Assembly: GCF_964204645.1 (NCBI RefSeq)
Contig: NC_134030.1
Coordinates: 11,119,947-11,183,946, forward strand
DNA: 64,000 bases
From: Tubulanus polymorphus
Taxonomy: Eukaryota; Animalia; Nemertea
Direction: 5' to 3'
Part shown: in pieces, positions 15,201 to 28,846 of the stretch
How the letters are laid out: each line of letters begins with the position of its first letter
How positions within the stretch are numbered: the first letter of the stretch is position 1
Notes under the pieces: model-generated
What the model was told of the DNA's origin: nothing
The model's input: the letters and a program-made list of their open reading frames with translations, nothing else
Database searches by the model: none
Made by a program: the position numbers and the translations under genes

Positions 15201-18200
15201 TGTCACATGGAAATGGACAACAAATTGCAAGGCAAATAGCAATCACACGAGTACAAATCTCCGAAATACCGTGAATAAAACGTTTACGACTTACAATGAT
15301 AATAACCTCGACATATTGGGGGGTTATCATTCAAAAATCAAACATATACAAATGCCTTGTTATACACCTCGGACCAGTATGCCAAGGCGATCCATTTCCA
15401 AACCTTGCAATCACCGAACATGCCTGGAAATTACTCGGACAGAAAATCTACGTATCGTATGAGGATTTCTCTTCAAAATGTCCGGATTACTTGTCACTAT
15501 AGTTTTCACAGGTATCTTCCCAAAAACTGCTGTTCCGAGATGCAGGGCTTGTCAGGGCGAAATATCTCTTTCAAATTTACTTTTTTCGATGCCAAAATGT
15601 ATCGCCTCTCCTTTGCATCTAATTTTCTAAGAATTCTGTAGCTATTAACCCACTAAGCTATTTGGATATGCGTAACTTCGCTTCGTCATCCGGAGATTGC
15701 TTTCACATTTTTCATCTGAAGCAATTTCTAAAGCAAATTTCGTAGAGTATTTGACATAAGAATTCTAATTTAGTGGTGGAATTGTCAATGATGACATTGA
15801 AGATGACTAAGATGCACTTACCATGTAATACGTATGAAAGAACGCAGCAAGCAGGCCTGCAGCCAAATGAGATATAAGTATAACCAGTGCGAGTAAATCG
15901 GACATGAGACCAGAAAGAATCATTACTTATACTAAATATCCATTCTGCAACATAGTACGACGGAAAATAGATCTTTCTGAGCACGCTAGAGAACCTATAA
16001 CCCACGATAAAAAGCCCCGTTTCGTAAAAATAAATGTAGAACGAGCCGCCGTATGTATGTCTTCCTGCATTTCAACTCTGCAGGTAATTTTTGAATCACG
16101 TAATTTCGACGTTTTATGACAGAACTGTATATTCAAGTACTAGGCCTACATAGATTCGTTGGCTTTGGGAACGCCGATAAATTTGTTGATGATTCAATGG
16201 TCATCACCCTATGAAGGTGGTCATATATTCATTTGGCGCAAATCAAAAGCTTTCCTATTTCAGGTTGGTTACACATGAAAAGCGTAATGGCGCATGAGAC
16301 CCGGTGTGCAAATAAGGGCACAAAACCACACATTCCAACAGTAATTTCAAGGAAGATCGAGAATCTTCTTTACAAATCGACGGCACGCAAAATAAAGAAT
16401 TACGACAAGAAACTGTTCATGATGCGCTAAAACAAGAAATCATCAATTTTTAACTGAGCTTTAGGTTGAATCCGACGCTTTACCCTTGTTTTGGCGCCGT
16501 TGTCAAACCAGAAATATTAATTGTATGACCACGTCAAAACCGGGAAAAGCCCGACATTTCTCTCAGAAAGGAACCGTTTTGGTACGGTAAAGAAAGGAAT
16601 GTCTTGTTTTTAGCACCCACGTCAGACACGAATATAGCGATGACAGGTTTTTTGCACAGCTGCGTCATGCACATTTCAAGATGAAGGAATTATAGAATTA
16701 TATTGCATATTCGGGGTTCGAATTTAATGTTGTGACTGGCACCACCACACGTACTTTACGATCCTGAAAATAAATGGTTATAAGAAGTTGCCGAAGATGC
16801 CTACAGGATGCAGCGCTCCGGTTGTAGGACAGGAACTGGGTATTGTTTAGTGGTACCACCGTGCGGAGATGCCATCTAAAATCTGTGTGCAATTACAGGC
16901 TTAACTCTAGCTAGATATCCCTGAATAGATATTATAGATATTAAGAAAAATGAATAGTTTTATCATGTGGTCAAATGACTTCCGTCACAATTGATACGTT
17001 TTGATTTGTTTCGACGGTGCGAACGCAAAATCTCGAGTTCCATTATTTTTTGTCAAAGAAAATTGCTTAGACTTGATTTCACGTCTCTCTTCTCTCGCAC
17101 TTGCTCACATTCATTACTATGATATAGATATAGACTGTGACCAATCTTCCAGTCTCCATTAACGAAGGATGATACTCCAGTATATGTTGTTGGATTAATA
17201 TGAAATTCACAACAATTTGACCGAAATGCATCTAGAACGTTTCTATTTTCAAAATTTTCTTGGGGGAGGCCCCTAAACCCCCTTAAGTGGCTTCGCGTCT
17301 ACGGCGCTTGCTGTGGCAACCGCGCAATCAAATAAGTTTCACCCTCTCTAAACTCGCACCCACCTAAAAAGGAGGCTGCGTACGGGCCTGATGCCAATGT
17401 TTTCTCAAGAGATGATATTACATTATACATCGTTTGGTAGGTCTTTGAACGGTGTGAATTTGTCTGGCTGATTCTACGCACTTACCCCTTACGGTTGATG
17501 AGTTATGAGAGATATAGAATATGATTATGACTCGTGCTGACTTCGGAAATGAGGGTGAAGAATAATATCGTAATTGAGTGACGTGAACCAGGGCCCGGTT
17601 AAATAGACTATAGCAGGGCGGATCTAGGGGGTGTAATAGGGTGGCTAGCAACCCCTCGAATGCCTTCCAAAACCTTTTTATAAAGGGCTTTTTCGTGTAA
17701 ATAGCCTATCTCTTAGAAGATGAAATAAGAATGTTAGCTGCCTCAGAATCAGAAATAACAGTAGCGTTGCAACTTTATTGTATTATATACCTATTGTATG
17801 ACGCCGTATGCTAACGGTCATTTTCCCAATCAGAACTCTTTTTTTTACTTTTTCTTCGACTCTTTTCCCAATCTTTGTCAAAAAATTCCCAAAACAGTAC
17901 CATGACAAATTGTGAATTATGATCAATGCTTTAGAAATGACCTGGTCTGCCAATAATCTCATTGAAATTATCAACACCTCATACTGGCCACTACGGCTCA
18001 GCAAGTTGTCATAATTTTCACGGAATTACCATCGCACAAATGCTGTCAAATTCCACCATTTTTTTCAAAATTTGCTTAATGTCGAGGGGGAACACCCCCT
18101 CAAGCTCTCCCAGTCTCGCGACTTTCGGTCGCTCGGACTTGCCGCTATGCGGTTCGCTGGTCGCAGTCTAATCTTTGTGACTTTATTGTCAGACAACCCC

Positions 18201-18856
18201 CTTTGAAAATCCGAGTTCCGCTCCTGTATAGAGTCACCTCTATCCCGGGGCTCAACTGTCGATGCATTGCATTCGTTTCAAATCATTTGAGCTATCGAGC
18301 TACCAACTAAACACAGATGTCGACAATATTCATTCCATCTGAATCACACTTTACCGCCCGTTTTACCTTGTTAAGATCGTTTATCGACTAAAAGTACGTA
18401 CGGTATTAGGCTACCGAAATAAGTTCACGTAATGATTCTAACCAGCGAAAGAATAAACAACAATAAAACTGAAATCAATGTAACTAAATCACTCGATAAA
18501 AATTACACCCCATGGCATAATCACCAATTTTACTTCCTGGAAAACACAGCAGATACTTTCTTCTAAGATATTTTTTTTGCTTATGCCCCATTATTTTGAT
18601 TTCTAGCTGCTAACTTACCGGTCATTAGACTATAAAAGTTTGGTATATTTTGCGTCGGGAAGACAGGAACCAGATTTCTCACTACTACACCATGATTCCA
18701 AAAACTTTTAAGGGCATTTAATCCTTTTATTTGTAAATAATCCGACCGGAAACCGTCAATTATCATAACTTGCAATTTATGATACGACTTAGCACCACTA
18801 AGTACAGTCAATAAGATCACAACCGAAATGCCATATTTTCTTATTTGGCTTAGCAT
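6203..18856 (-). CDS. ENPP6-like ectonucleotide pyrophosphatase/phosphodiesterase family protein, 7 exons, about 447 aa, predicted catalytically inactive
   Basis: Exons 18856-18619, 14918-14752, 9073-8908, 8594-8299, 7405-7247, 6596-6506 and 6429-6203 join in frame (1344 nt). Signal peptide, IIDGFR, FPTxxxPNxYSLMTG, WW..GVEPFWVT, ADPGW, GYD, DVYNLMC..PNNGS and a C-terminal hydrophobic tail. Confidence 0.88.
7562..7865. mobile_element. Small MITE in an ENPP intron
   Basis: 12-bp TIR CAATGGGATACC / GGTATCCCATTG, preceded by TA. Confidence 0.5.
9703..11240 (-). mobile_element. Deleted, decayed copy of the CR1/L2-type LINE at 32320-37160 (pieces about 9703-10400 and 11025-11240)
   Basis: 9720-10400 aligns by eye with 32340-33000 (3'UTR and ORF2 end). 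11025-11234 translates to KICFYGIRGVSNIWFENYLQNRKQF..TGVAQDSFLGP, matching the RT at 33500-33680. Confidence 0.85.
10440..11010 (+). mobile_element. 3' fragment of a different LINE inserted in the opposite orientation
   Basis: Translates with breaks to LARFRCS..VETGRW..IPYNNRICRCCNLNEIEDEYHF..CPVY, a typical LINE ORF2 C-terminal Cys/His region. Confidence 0.65.
13890..14097. mobile_element. Solo right end of an IS3EU-like MITE
   Basis: TCTCGCGCGAGA-type subterminal repeats ending ATGGCCCGAATCAGCCACCATA, identical to the 23427 terminus. Confidence 0.6.
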
Positions 18857-21851
18857 TTTCCGTTCACATCGTACATAGCAAGTGATAGAGTCGATGACAA
18901 TGATCTGTTTGCGCTTTGAACAGATGTACGAGTCCTACTCTATTCGTGGAATTCAAGCACATGATGTATTCGCACCGCAGTCATATTCCAAGACTCGGCG
19001 CAGTTAAAGATACCATTCAGTCATAATACTCCATCAGAATGCCAGGTAATGTTAGTGTTCTGACGCTTTCTAGACGTTTCTTCACTAACGAGGAGTTACC
19101 ATCAAATGTCAAACCGAAATTGTAATAATTTCTTCAATACAAATCGATAAGACGTCTTTTTATTGCTGCATTTTCGTGATCGATCATATTGCTTTCATTA
19201 TGATCGCGTTCAGTTGATTCTTATCATATATAGCTTATATACTGTGTGCAAATGGTTTGAATTATGATTTATATACATAAAGTAGGTATCGTTACGTGGT
19301 CCGGCTAGCAGCAGATGCGATTTGCTAGAATAATTAAATCGCACTACGTACTTTGCATCGTATGAAAAATGTGATAAATTGATTTGTATTCATCAAATAT
19401 GTGATGACGTTTCATCAAGCGTCGTCCATGGTGTATTCAGGCTACCGGTAATGCTTTATAAAGCAAGCTATGCAACCTTTTAAAGTAGAATGCACGACGA
19501 ACGAATCGAAAAAATCGATGCGATAATAGATGTATACCATCATAGATATATACCAGTACTATTTCACACACGAGTCAATTATATTTTTCGTGGATATCGC
19601 GCCGGGCCGCATTGCGTATGTGACAAGCGGTTGTTGGCAGAGCTCGAGGCACGAGAAAAGTTTTACGTAAGTTATAGTGCCACCATTGATACCAGGGACG
19701 TTTTATACGCAAAAGTCATACCCGCTTGGGGTTTACCAATTAGGCTTAAAGATTAACATTTGAAATGGCCGGTTAGAAGCATGGGCTCACAGTTGTATCT
19801 GCTGATTAACGCGCACAAGTATGCATACGGACGTCGAAGCTACGACAGGAGCCCGCGCGTATACGGCTAGAGAAAAACATCCGCTGTAAGGAAGTGATTC
19901 AATTAAAAAGAAAAATACATTCTTATATATGTCGAATAAATCAAATGACCCATATCACACTCGATTCGTTTGAGCAATAATACTTTCAATGTGGAGGAAA
20001 CAACTACGTAGGGTGTTAATTGCCACGGGAAAGGGTTGGGGCGGTAGTTCAGCTGGCCCTCATCTGCTCATGCAAACGTTTCTAGGTCCTTCACCTGAAA
20101 CATTAAAAAAGTCGCATAACATAGTATACTCATCATATTCCTTTGCCCCTTCTTTTACAGCACGCAATCGGCCTGCACTATTACAATTGAAAATCACAAT
20201 CACAAGTTTAAGCAAGACAGCCGGCAGGCAATAAAAAGCTTTGAATACACATATATAATATGTAGCCTAAATGTATATATTCTAGAAATATTGAGGCCCC
20301 TGTAGTTTTCAAATGTATATTTAATAATCGAAGAAATACATTTTCAAAGAGCGCTATATTTAAAAGAATTGTGTCTGGTTAAGGCCCTCCCAAAACCAAA
20401 TAGGGTTTCGCGCCTTTGATCCTCACTCTTTAACTACTAGTTAATACGTTCATGGTCTATCAGCAATGTCAATACGTGCACGTTACACGTCTTGTCTGTT
20501 TTAATCAAATCATAAATGCCAGAACACTTTAAAGCAGTCAATCATATATGAACTGTATATTGTGACGACGCAGTTTTTTTTCATATTGTACCATAAACAA
20601 CAGCTGCTTTTACAAACGCGGCATGTAGACTATAGACAACGATGAATTATGAATTATGTATAGCGGTATATGAAGAATATATATTACATATATATCTTTC
20701 TTCGTGCCGGTGCTTCTGTGTTTGTCACCGCACGCGCAATGCCATTTGGAACTCTTATACTACAAGACGGAAATTTTGATCAGAATTTGTAAGCTATCAT
20801 TAGCAGTACTCGTAGGCAATTCTCATCATTTAGCATTTGCCAGAGTACATGCACAGTCAACAAATTAATCCGACGTTTCTGATCAACGTAGATTGACGAG
20901 CCGGTCGATACTACTCCGTGATCAAAAATCGATTACAGAGCATCATGCCTTCGTTGCCGACCGATTCTAACCTTTTATATTAGATGTATTGCCTATATTA
21001 ATATTGTCCTGACTTGCGGCCATAATATTGATGTAAAGAAAATGAAAAAAAAGTAAAATGAAGAAAATGTTGACTATGCTGACACGTGGGAACGTTGACC
21101 AACTATTGTTGAAGGCCTGATTCGAGTGAAATAGCGGTATTGCCCTTTCGTAGCACACTCCCAATCAATTTTTGTTTTACGTATTTCTCCATAAGGGATG
21201 GATGAGAGGTCAGTGTATATAACTTTTGACAAAAAACAAACATTCTTCTACTTGCCAAAATATTGATTTTGGACCATAAATTGCGTCTTTGCCAATTCAC
21301 GAGGACGTGTACTAAGCCATATTGGACTTCAACAGAATTTCTTACTCGACGATGATATCGATGTCATTAGCATATGTGGTGAAGAACCGGAAGCGGGTGA
21401 GAAGGACGGGAAAGGTGACATATCCTCCAAAATGGCGGACTGAAGTGACGCCGTCAAGGATGGTGGAATAGGGGAAAATCCACATTTTTGGAGGTTGAAA
21501 TATTTGGCGGAAAACATTTAAGCGGTAGAAATTCAAAATTTTAAACTGACATCCAGGATGACGGTTCTCGGGTGATGGTTAGAAAGAAAGGTCATCGAAA
21601 TGGGTGAGGTGTTCCTGAAAATTTTACGAGTGGTAAATTCCCCCCAATCGATATCTCTTATCGCTTGGGAATGGTTTTCATTGAAACAATATTCTGAAAT
21701 TCAGGTGATGGGCCGTTTACTAAATTTTTCATACTGTTATCACAGAGGGCGCACGGTTGTGCTGATGACTTAAGAGACAGCCACAGTCGTCAACACTTTA
21801 CGAGTTACAGAGCTCTACTTCACAAAACAGCTTTAAATGAAACGAATAATG

Positions 21852-22591
21852 TATGGTGGCTGATTCGGGCCATGTAAAAAAAATCACAAATGGTGCAATT
21901 TATTTTTACAGACGCCTAAAAGTCGTTTTATCGCGCAATAAAACGATAATTGCCACGTTAAAACGAGAAATTACCGCGTTAAAACAAGAAAAAGTCGTTT
22001 TATTGCGCAATATAACGAGAAAAAGTCGTTTTATCGCGCGATAAAACGAACCTTTTCGTTTTATTGCCACGAAAATTACCGCGATAAAACAAGAAAAAGT
22101 CGTTTTATTGCGCGATAAAACTAGAAAAAGGCGATAAAACGAACTTTTTCGTTTTATTGCCACGTTAAAACGAAAAATGGAGAAAACGGAATTTGTTTTA
22201 TCACGATGTAAAACGAATTAAAAATAATTTCATTGCGTTAATTTTTCGTTTTATCGCGCTATTTTTCATTTTTACACGGCAATAAAACGAAAAAGTTCGT
22301 TTTATCGCGCAATAAAACGACTTTTTCTCGTTTTATTGCGCAATAAAACGACTTTTTCGCGGTAATTTTCATTTTATCGCGCTATTTTTTATTTAAATGT
22401 GGCAATAAAACTAAAAAGTTCGTTTTATCGCGCAATAAAACGACTTCTTCTTGTTTTAAATCGGTAATTTCTGGTTTTAACGTGGTAATTTTCGTTTTAT
22501 TGCGCGATAAAACGACTTTTAAGCTTCTTCAAAAAAAATATTTGTAACTTTTGTGATTTTTTTAATTACATGACCCGAATCAGCCACCATA
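21852..22591. mobile_element. Palindromic IS3EU-like MITE, copy 1
   Basis: TATGGTGGCTGATTCGGGCCATG...CATGACCCGAATCAGCCACCATA with 6-bp TSD ATAATG (21846-21851 and 22592-22597); internal AAAACGA/TTTTATCGCG minisatellite. Confidence 0.85.
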
Positions 22592-22620
22592 ATAATGAAA
22601 GTAAATGAACAAGCAATTAA

Positions 22621-23427
22621 TATGGTGGCTGATTCGGGCCATGTAATAAAAAAATCACAAACGTTACAAATTTTTTTTTGCAGACGCCTAAAAGTCGTTT
22701 TATCGCGCAATAAAGCGAAAATTACCACGTTAAAACCAGAAATTACCGCGCTAAAACAAGAAAAAGTCGTTTTATTGCGCGATAAAACGAGAAAAAGTCG
22801 TTTTATCGCGCGATATAACGAACTTTTTCGTTTTATTGCCATGTTAAAACGAAAAATAGCGCGATAAAGCGTGATTTTTAGCGTGATTTTTTATTCGCTT
22901 CCATCGTGATAAAACAAAAGAACAAATTACGTTTTCTCCATTTTTCGTTTTAACGTGGCAATAAAACGAAAAGGTTCGTTTTATCGCGCGATAAAACGAC
23001 TTTTTCTCAATTTATCGCGCAATAAAACGACTTGTTCTCGTTTTAACGCGGTAATTTTCGTTTTATCGCGCTATTTTTTCGTTTTAACGTGGCAATAAAA
23101 CGAAAAAGTTCGTTTTATCGCGCGATAAAACGACTTTTTCTCGTTTTATTGCGCAATAAAACGACTTTTTTTGTTTTATCGCGGTAATTTTCGTTTTATC
23201 GCGCTATTTTTTGTTTTAACGTGGCAATAAAACGAAAAAATTCGTTTTATCGCGCGATAAAACGACTTTTTCTCGTTTTATTGCGCAATAAAACGACTTT
23301 TCTTGTTTCACCGCGGTAATTTCTCGTTTTAACATGGTAATTTTCGTTTTACTGCGCGATAAAACTTCTGTAAAAAGATATTTGCACCATTTGTGATTTT
23401 TTTACATGGCCCGAATCAGCCACCATA
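22621..23427. mobile_element. Palindromic IS3EU-like MITE, copy 2
   Basis: Same TIRs as copy 1; flanks AATTAA / AATTTA (6-bp TSD with one mismatch). Confidence 0.85.
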
Positions 23428-26400
23428 AATTTACCCACTTAAAGCCTGAGATACTCGCAATCTTAAAAGCGAGAGTAAAAGCGAAAAAACTGCCGCCTTA
23501 ATCACTTTTCCAAAAAAGAGCTGATGAGAAACAAGGGTATTTAATCCTTTTTTGGGATTCAAATCCGATGCGTGTAATTCAGATGTAAAATGTAAACCTG
23601 ACTTAATTTGTTTTCTACTGAAACCGCATATACACTGTATGACATTTATATTTAAAAAATTACAGTTTTAAAAAAAGATTGTTCGCCTATCTTTGTAGAA
23701 AATCAAATTTATTCTTGCCGGTTTTCTTTTACAAAAGTACGAAAAACTTATGGGACCAAGACGAAAATTGTACGAATATCGATGTACAAATCTCAGTAGC
23801 GCCATCATCCGGGTGGTAGAGAAAATTGATAAGAGGCATTACACATCGGCACGTGCACATGCGGCATCTTGGATCTTATTTGACAACAACTTTAATTTTA
23901 ACCGCTAACCATTTCATAACAATCGGAAGCATTACGATATTATAATGGAATCATGGAGGATAGGGACCACTCCGTGTTTTGGGGCTCCCGAAACCACGGG
24001 AATCACCCCATCCATCTTCGATAGCCTCTTTTTAACCTTCATTTTGGATGTCAGTTTGAATTTTGAATTTTAACCTCAAAAATATTTCCCCCCAAATATT
24101 TTAACCGCCGAAAATTTCTTGTTTATTTCAGATTTTTCATGATCTTTACTGTCAGTAATTCCAGGTTCCTTCGCGTTGTGTACTAATGATACATAATGTT
24201 TCAATTCATTATGAGAACGATATTTCACGGGTTACTTTTTTCTTGATCTCCCCGAGTAACCGTTTTCATTTCTTGGCCAACGACTTGCTGATGGGTTGTT
24301 GGGCTAAAAAACATGATACCTAGTTTCTCCGCAGCGGCCGGGTCGGAAGAAAACATGCTGAAAATTTGTATAAATAAAATCCTGAAGGCTGGGTCCTTTC
24401 GAAAAGCAGGTGTGAATTAAATTTGACAATAAAATCCGGCCTGCCGGGTGAATATAAAACATAATACGAGCTTATATTCAATATTCATTGTACATAAATC
24501 GGGAGAAATTCATCGGAGCGACACGCGCACCAATCCACTGAATCCTCGCTTGGTAAAGAAAGTACTTTAGCCACAGTAGCACGTGCTGGTTCGAGATCGG
24601 ATGTACACGGTGAACGTGAGATACTGTTGAGTCAATAGAAAATATATAGGGCCCTTTTGGTTTCCCGTAACGTATTTCATTTTAGAAAATTGAGTTTTGT
24701 TTACCATGGTAGGAACTTCGTTCTGACGCTTGGGGCGCCACGGAAGGAGTTAAGTGTTTGGTTAGTCTTTTGACTAAAGACTGAGCGAGTCGAGCCATTT
24801 TACGTGGTACATGTATTTGCATAGAATGGAAATATAGTTAAAGGAGCGGGAACGCCCACTCCGTCTCGGTGACTAAATTCGTTTGTACTTTTTTATTATT
24901 TGATACCGATGGCAACATGACATTTGTAAAACATAAATATGCAGTCAGTAGGTCAAAACTTGGTTTCCAACCCTATTATATTCATATTCGGAAATTTCAA
25001 TGTTATTTATTTATGAAAACATAACATATATTTGTTTTTAATAAAGATAAAATCCTGCCTGCCGGCTGCAGAGTTTCTACAAATCTGTGTTTTTGAAAAG
25101 ATAAAAAAAAACGTCTGCCCGCCTGCCTGGTAACTTTGGTTTGTAGAAAAGGCGGAGAAACAAGGTATCATTTTAGCTTTAGTATGTTCCCTCCACTTTC
25201 GGTTTTTTTCTATTTTGATTCCAAGTGTCCTTCTTGAACTTGAAAAAGAGCATTTTTTATATTACTTCCCTTGGTAACCGGTGTTATCATCTGCTCAACC
25301 ATGTTTTGTGGTTGCTTTGCTTATGAGACTTCAATATTTTCAGTAATGAATACAACTGTTGCTCATTACTGTTGGGTATTATTATGTTCTTCAATTAGGC
25401 CAACTTTCAAGGTGGTAGTGCCTTTCTGTTCTGAAAACATTCTTTTGTAGGAGCACAAGCTCCTCCGCGTCTCTTTACAAAAGCACACTAGCAACCCTCA
25501 ACTATCAAATACATTTTCAGCCTACCTTCCAGCATTTACAAATCCATTCGATTTTCACGTAAAGCCTATCAGCCTCTTGTTATGTGACCCGGAGAAGGAC
25601 TCGGAATATCGTCGGAGGGCTTGTTCTGCACCAAGAAACGACACAAATTGGGAATCCGGAGACATAATAACAGCGTTAACAACAATATTTCAAGTAGAGA
25701 AATTCAAACTTACAACTTGTGTATTCTCAATACAAATAGGCTGCGCCGTAGCCCAATCGTGCGACACACATGAGGAAATATGCAAGCTTCCTTTTGCTAC
25801 GGCCGTCTTTTGTCTGTTTGTTATTAGATTTGTTTTGGATTTGAAAAAAGGTAGTTTGCTGTAATTAATGGAATCAAAGGTCTCGTTGAAAAACCTATTT
25901 TGTTGTTATAATTACGAATATGAATTCCTACTGGCATTTTTCTTGCATTTTTAGCCCGGCAGTTTTGTACTCCTGCCTTCGGCATTATTTAGCATTATTT
26001 ACCGCGTCCAATTTTCGAGCGTTACTCTGTGCCGTGCGCGTTTATTTACGAGACACATGGTTTCGGGAAACAATGTTTCCGAGATAAAATATGTTTGATT
26101 CCGTATTTCTGTGTTTCCTCGTGTCCGCGTTTCCCTGTGCCGCGTTCTTTGAAGCAACCTGATAACGAACTGAGCCCGGCCTTGCCTTGGTCTTCAAACA
26201 TTGATACTAAACATTTTTCACATCCTATACCAATTTCACTTTTTGCATTGGGAGATTTTGCGCGAAATACATGTACAATATATCAAATTACATCACCAAC
26301 ACGACGCCGTATGACATGAAACCAATTTACTGATGGAGTCAGATCAGTCCCCGGATGTCAATATAACGTGCGCAAACTATGATTAACAAACATGGGCGTG

Positions 26401-27584
26401 GCTTCAGGGCTCACGGAAAAAAAGTTCAAAAGTAACGCCCTTAAAAAAACTACGAAGCTCAGCTCTCTGTGACCAAACTCATCTAATCATAATCAACGAC
26501 GGAATTGTCGCAAAAAGTTTTATATGAACATTTGCTTATACGTATCGCAGCAAGCAATCTTTATAATGGTAAATGATAGATTTTCTGAGCGCATAGTGTC
26601 ATCATATTGCACCTAATATTATGACTTGAAATATATTTAAGCGGTATATCCTAAATTAAATACTGACGGCACCAGTCTCATGGTTCTCATACTACCCTGA
26701 AGATTTGTCTGATTTCTGAGTAGTTACAAAAACCTCTCTGCGCAATAAAATCAGGAACTGGTTGCTTTTGTTATCGACATTTTATGAGTTTGTTTGGAGC
26801 AATAGTTGTGCTTATATGATCGCTATTGGCAAGATATTTCATTCGGGGAACTAGATAGACGAGCAAGCGCAACGGCGTTGTGCTGTGCGTAAACAGATTT
26901 GTGTGTTTATTTGCCTTCTTAGGACTGAAGAGAAGATGGAATCGTTCTTCAGCTTCATTTTTACGATGTTTTTTACATTTACTAGTTCTGATGCATATAA
27001 CGAACGGGGTAAGTGTATTTGTATTTGTTGAAAAAAGATAACTAAACAAATGAAGAATATGTAAGACATGTTTTGATGGTCAATCGTACACTCTAGAATA
27101 AAATACAATTCAAGTTGGTGCCCCCGTCCATAATTTCATCCCATATAATTTTCTAAATTTTATGTTTATGTGCCACATGAAACCCTATTCCGGCAGTGGG
27201 CGAGAGGTGCAACATGCTTTGCAATGCATGGTGCGATTTTTCAATTTTTTTTTCTCTGAAAAGATCACTAATTATCTTGCGGCGATTGAGAGTCGACCGT
27301 AACATGCTCTCTACTGGTGAAGAACTTACTACTCGTTCTAAGCTGCGCGGTATAGGAAGAAATTAGACGATTATGTCGTATACGGAAATTGTCTTTCTAT
27401 GCTCTATTCTCGATCTAACATAACATGGTTTGCAGGGGCGGATCCATAAAAAGATTGGAAGGCAGGGGCTCCGAAAAAAGAGAAGTTATTTTTTTCGGAT
27501 AAACGATCCATGTCTGTCTAAGACCACTAGTGACCGCCGAGATCATCCCCTAAATCCCTCCCTGCGATACCAAATAATCATCAG

Positions 27585-28746
27585 GGGCCGATTCTTTTAT
27601 GCAGTCCGGAAAATCCGGTCGCTCCATTTCCATTGTGTTATTGATCAGGTGACTATTTCTAGGGATTTCGAAGAATCCAATCTCTCCTAGCTGCCGACCG
27701 ATATGTCATTGCGATGAGATCACGTGAGCGAATGTCTGCCTCGGAGTGAACATCTGGTCGTCTATGGGCGGCCATCCCCGCCAAACAGACGCTAAAGTCA
27801 TCACGTGAAGGATAAACCCATAACGTGAAGGATAATGTCATGACGTGAAGGATCAACCTTAATCTAACGTGAAGGATAAACCCATAACGTGAAGTATAAT
27901 GTTGTGACGTAAAGGATCAACACATAACGTGAAGGATCAACTCACGTCATCAAGGATAAACCTATTATGTCACCAAATGGCGTGCCGGTCGGAAATAGAC
28001 CGGCAACCAGTCTAAAATGATTTCGGTTAAAATGCAAATTCATTTTATTCATCATACGATTCAAATTCAATTCAATATAACTCTATACGGTTGAGAAGCG
28101 TCGTAAGTTTTACGGCGGACGAGTGGAGGTGAGAAAAAGTTTATCTCGAAAAGTTTTGTATAGTATAGCGTGCTCGAGTACTATTATATAGTTATAATAG
28201 TCTATTATATATGGGGTACTTCTGCAATTCAGTAGGCTCATTATGAATATTGCAATTCAAATGGATGCCTCGATTGAACGTGCTCGAATTTATTTCAAAC
28301 GAAGGTTAAGCGATCTAATAGCGGACGTTGAAAATGATAGTGGAAATTAAAATTACCTCCACTCCACCTTAGAAAAATACGCATTTTAACCGAAATTATT
28401 TTAGACTGGTTGCCGGTCTATTTCCGACCGGCACGCCATCTGGTGACATAATAGGTTTATCCTTGATGACGTGAGTTGATCCTTCACGTCATGACATTAT
28501 CCTTCACGTTATGAGTTGATCCTTCACGTTACAACATTATACTTCACGTTATGGGTTTATCTTTCATGTTAGATTAAGGTTGATCCTTCACGTCATGACA
28601 TTATCCTTCACGTTATGAGTTTATCCTTCACGTTACTACATTATACTTCACGTTATGGGTTTATCCTTCACGTGATGACTTTAGCGTCTGTTTGGCGGGG
28701 ATGGCCACCCATAGTCGTCCGGTCAACTGCATATAAGAATCGGCCC
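27585..28746. mobile_element. PIF/Harbinger-like palindromic non-autonomous element
   Basis: GGGCCGATTCTT...AAGAATCGGCCC termini with 3-bp TSD CAG. Long subterminal inverted arms (about 27760-28035 vs 28380-28714) built from ACGTGAAGGAT repeats. Confidence 0.75.
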
Positions 28747-28846
28747 CAGATGGAACCATTTTCAAGACGACCTTTAGCTGGATGGATCTAGTATACTGAA
28801 TAAGGTCGTTATTCTAAGTTCATCAATCCATTTTTATTTCGAGCAG

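Noticed and set aside
15130-16140. Cluster of short ORFs in ENPP intron 1
   Set aside because: No recognisable motif or consistent splice pattern.
21853-22867. Several 60-107 aa basic ORFs and a CRISPR-like look
   Set aside because: They arise from MITE minisatellites; there are no unique spacers, no cas genes, and the context is eukaryotic.
25250-26320. Possible decayed coding or TE sequence
   Set aside because: No frame gave a convincing motif.
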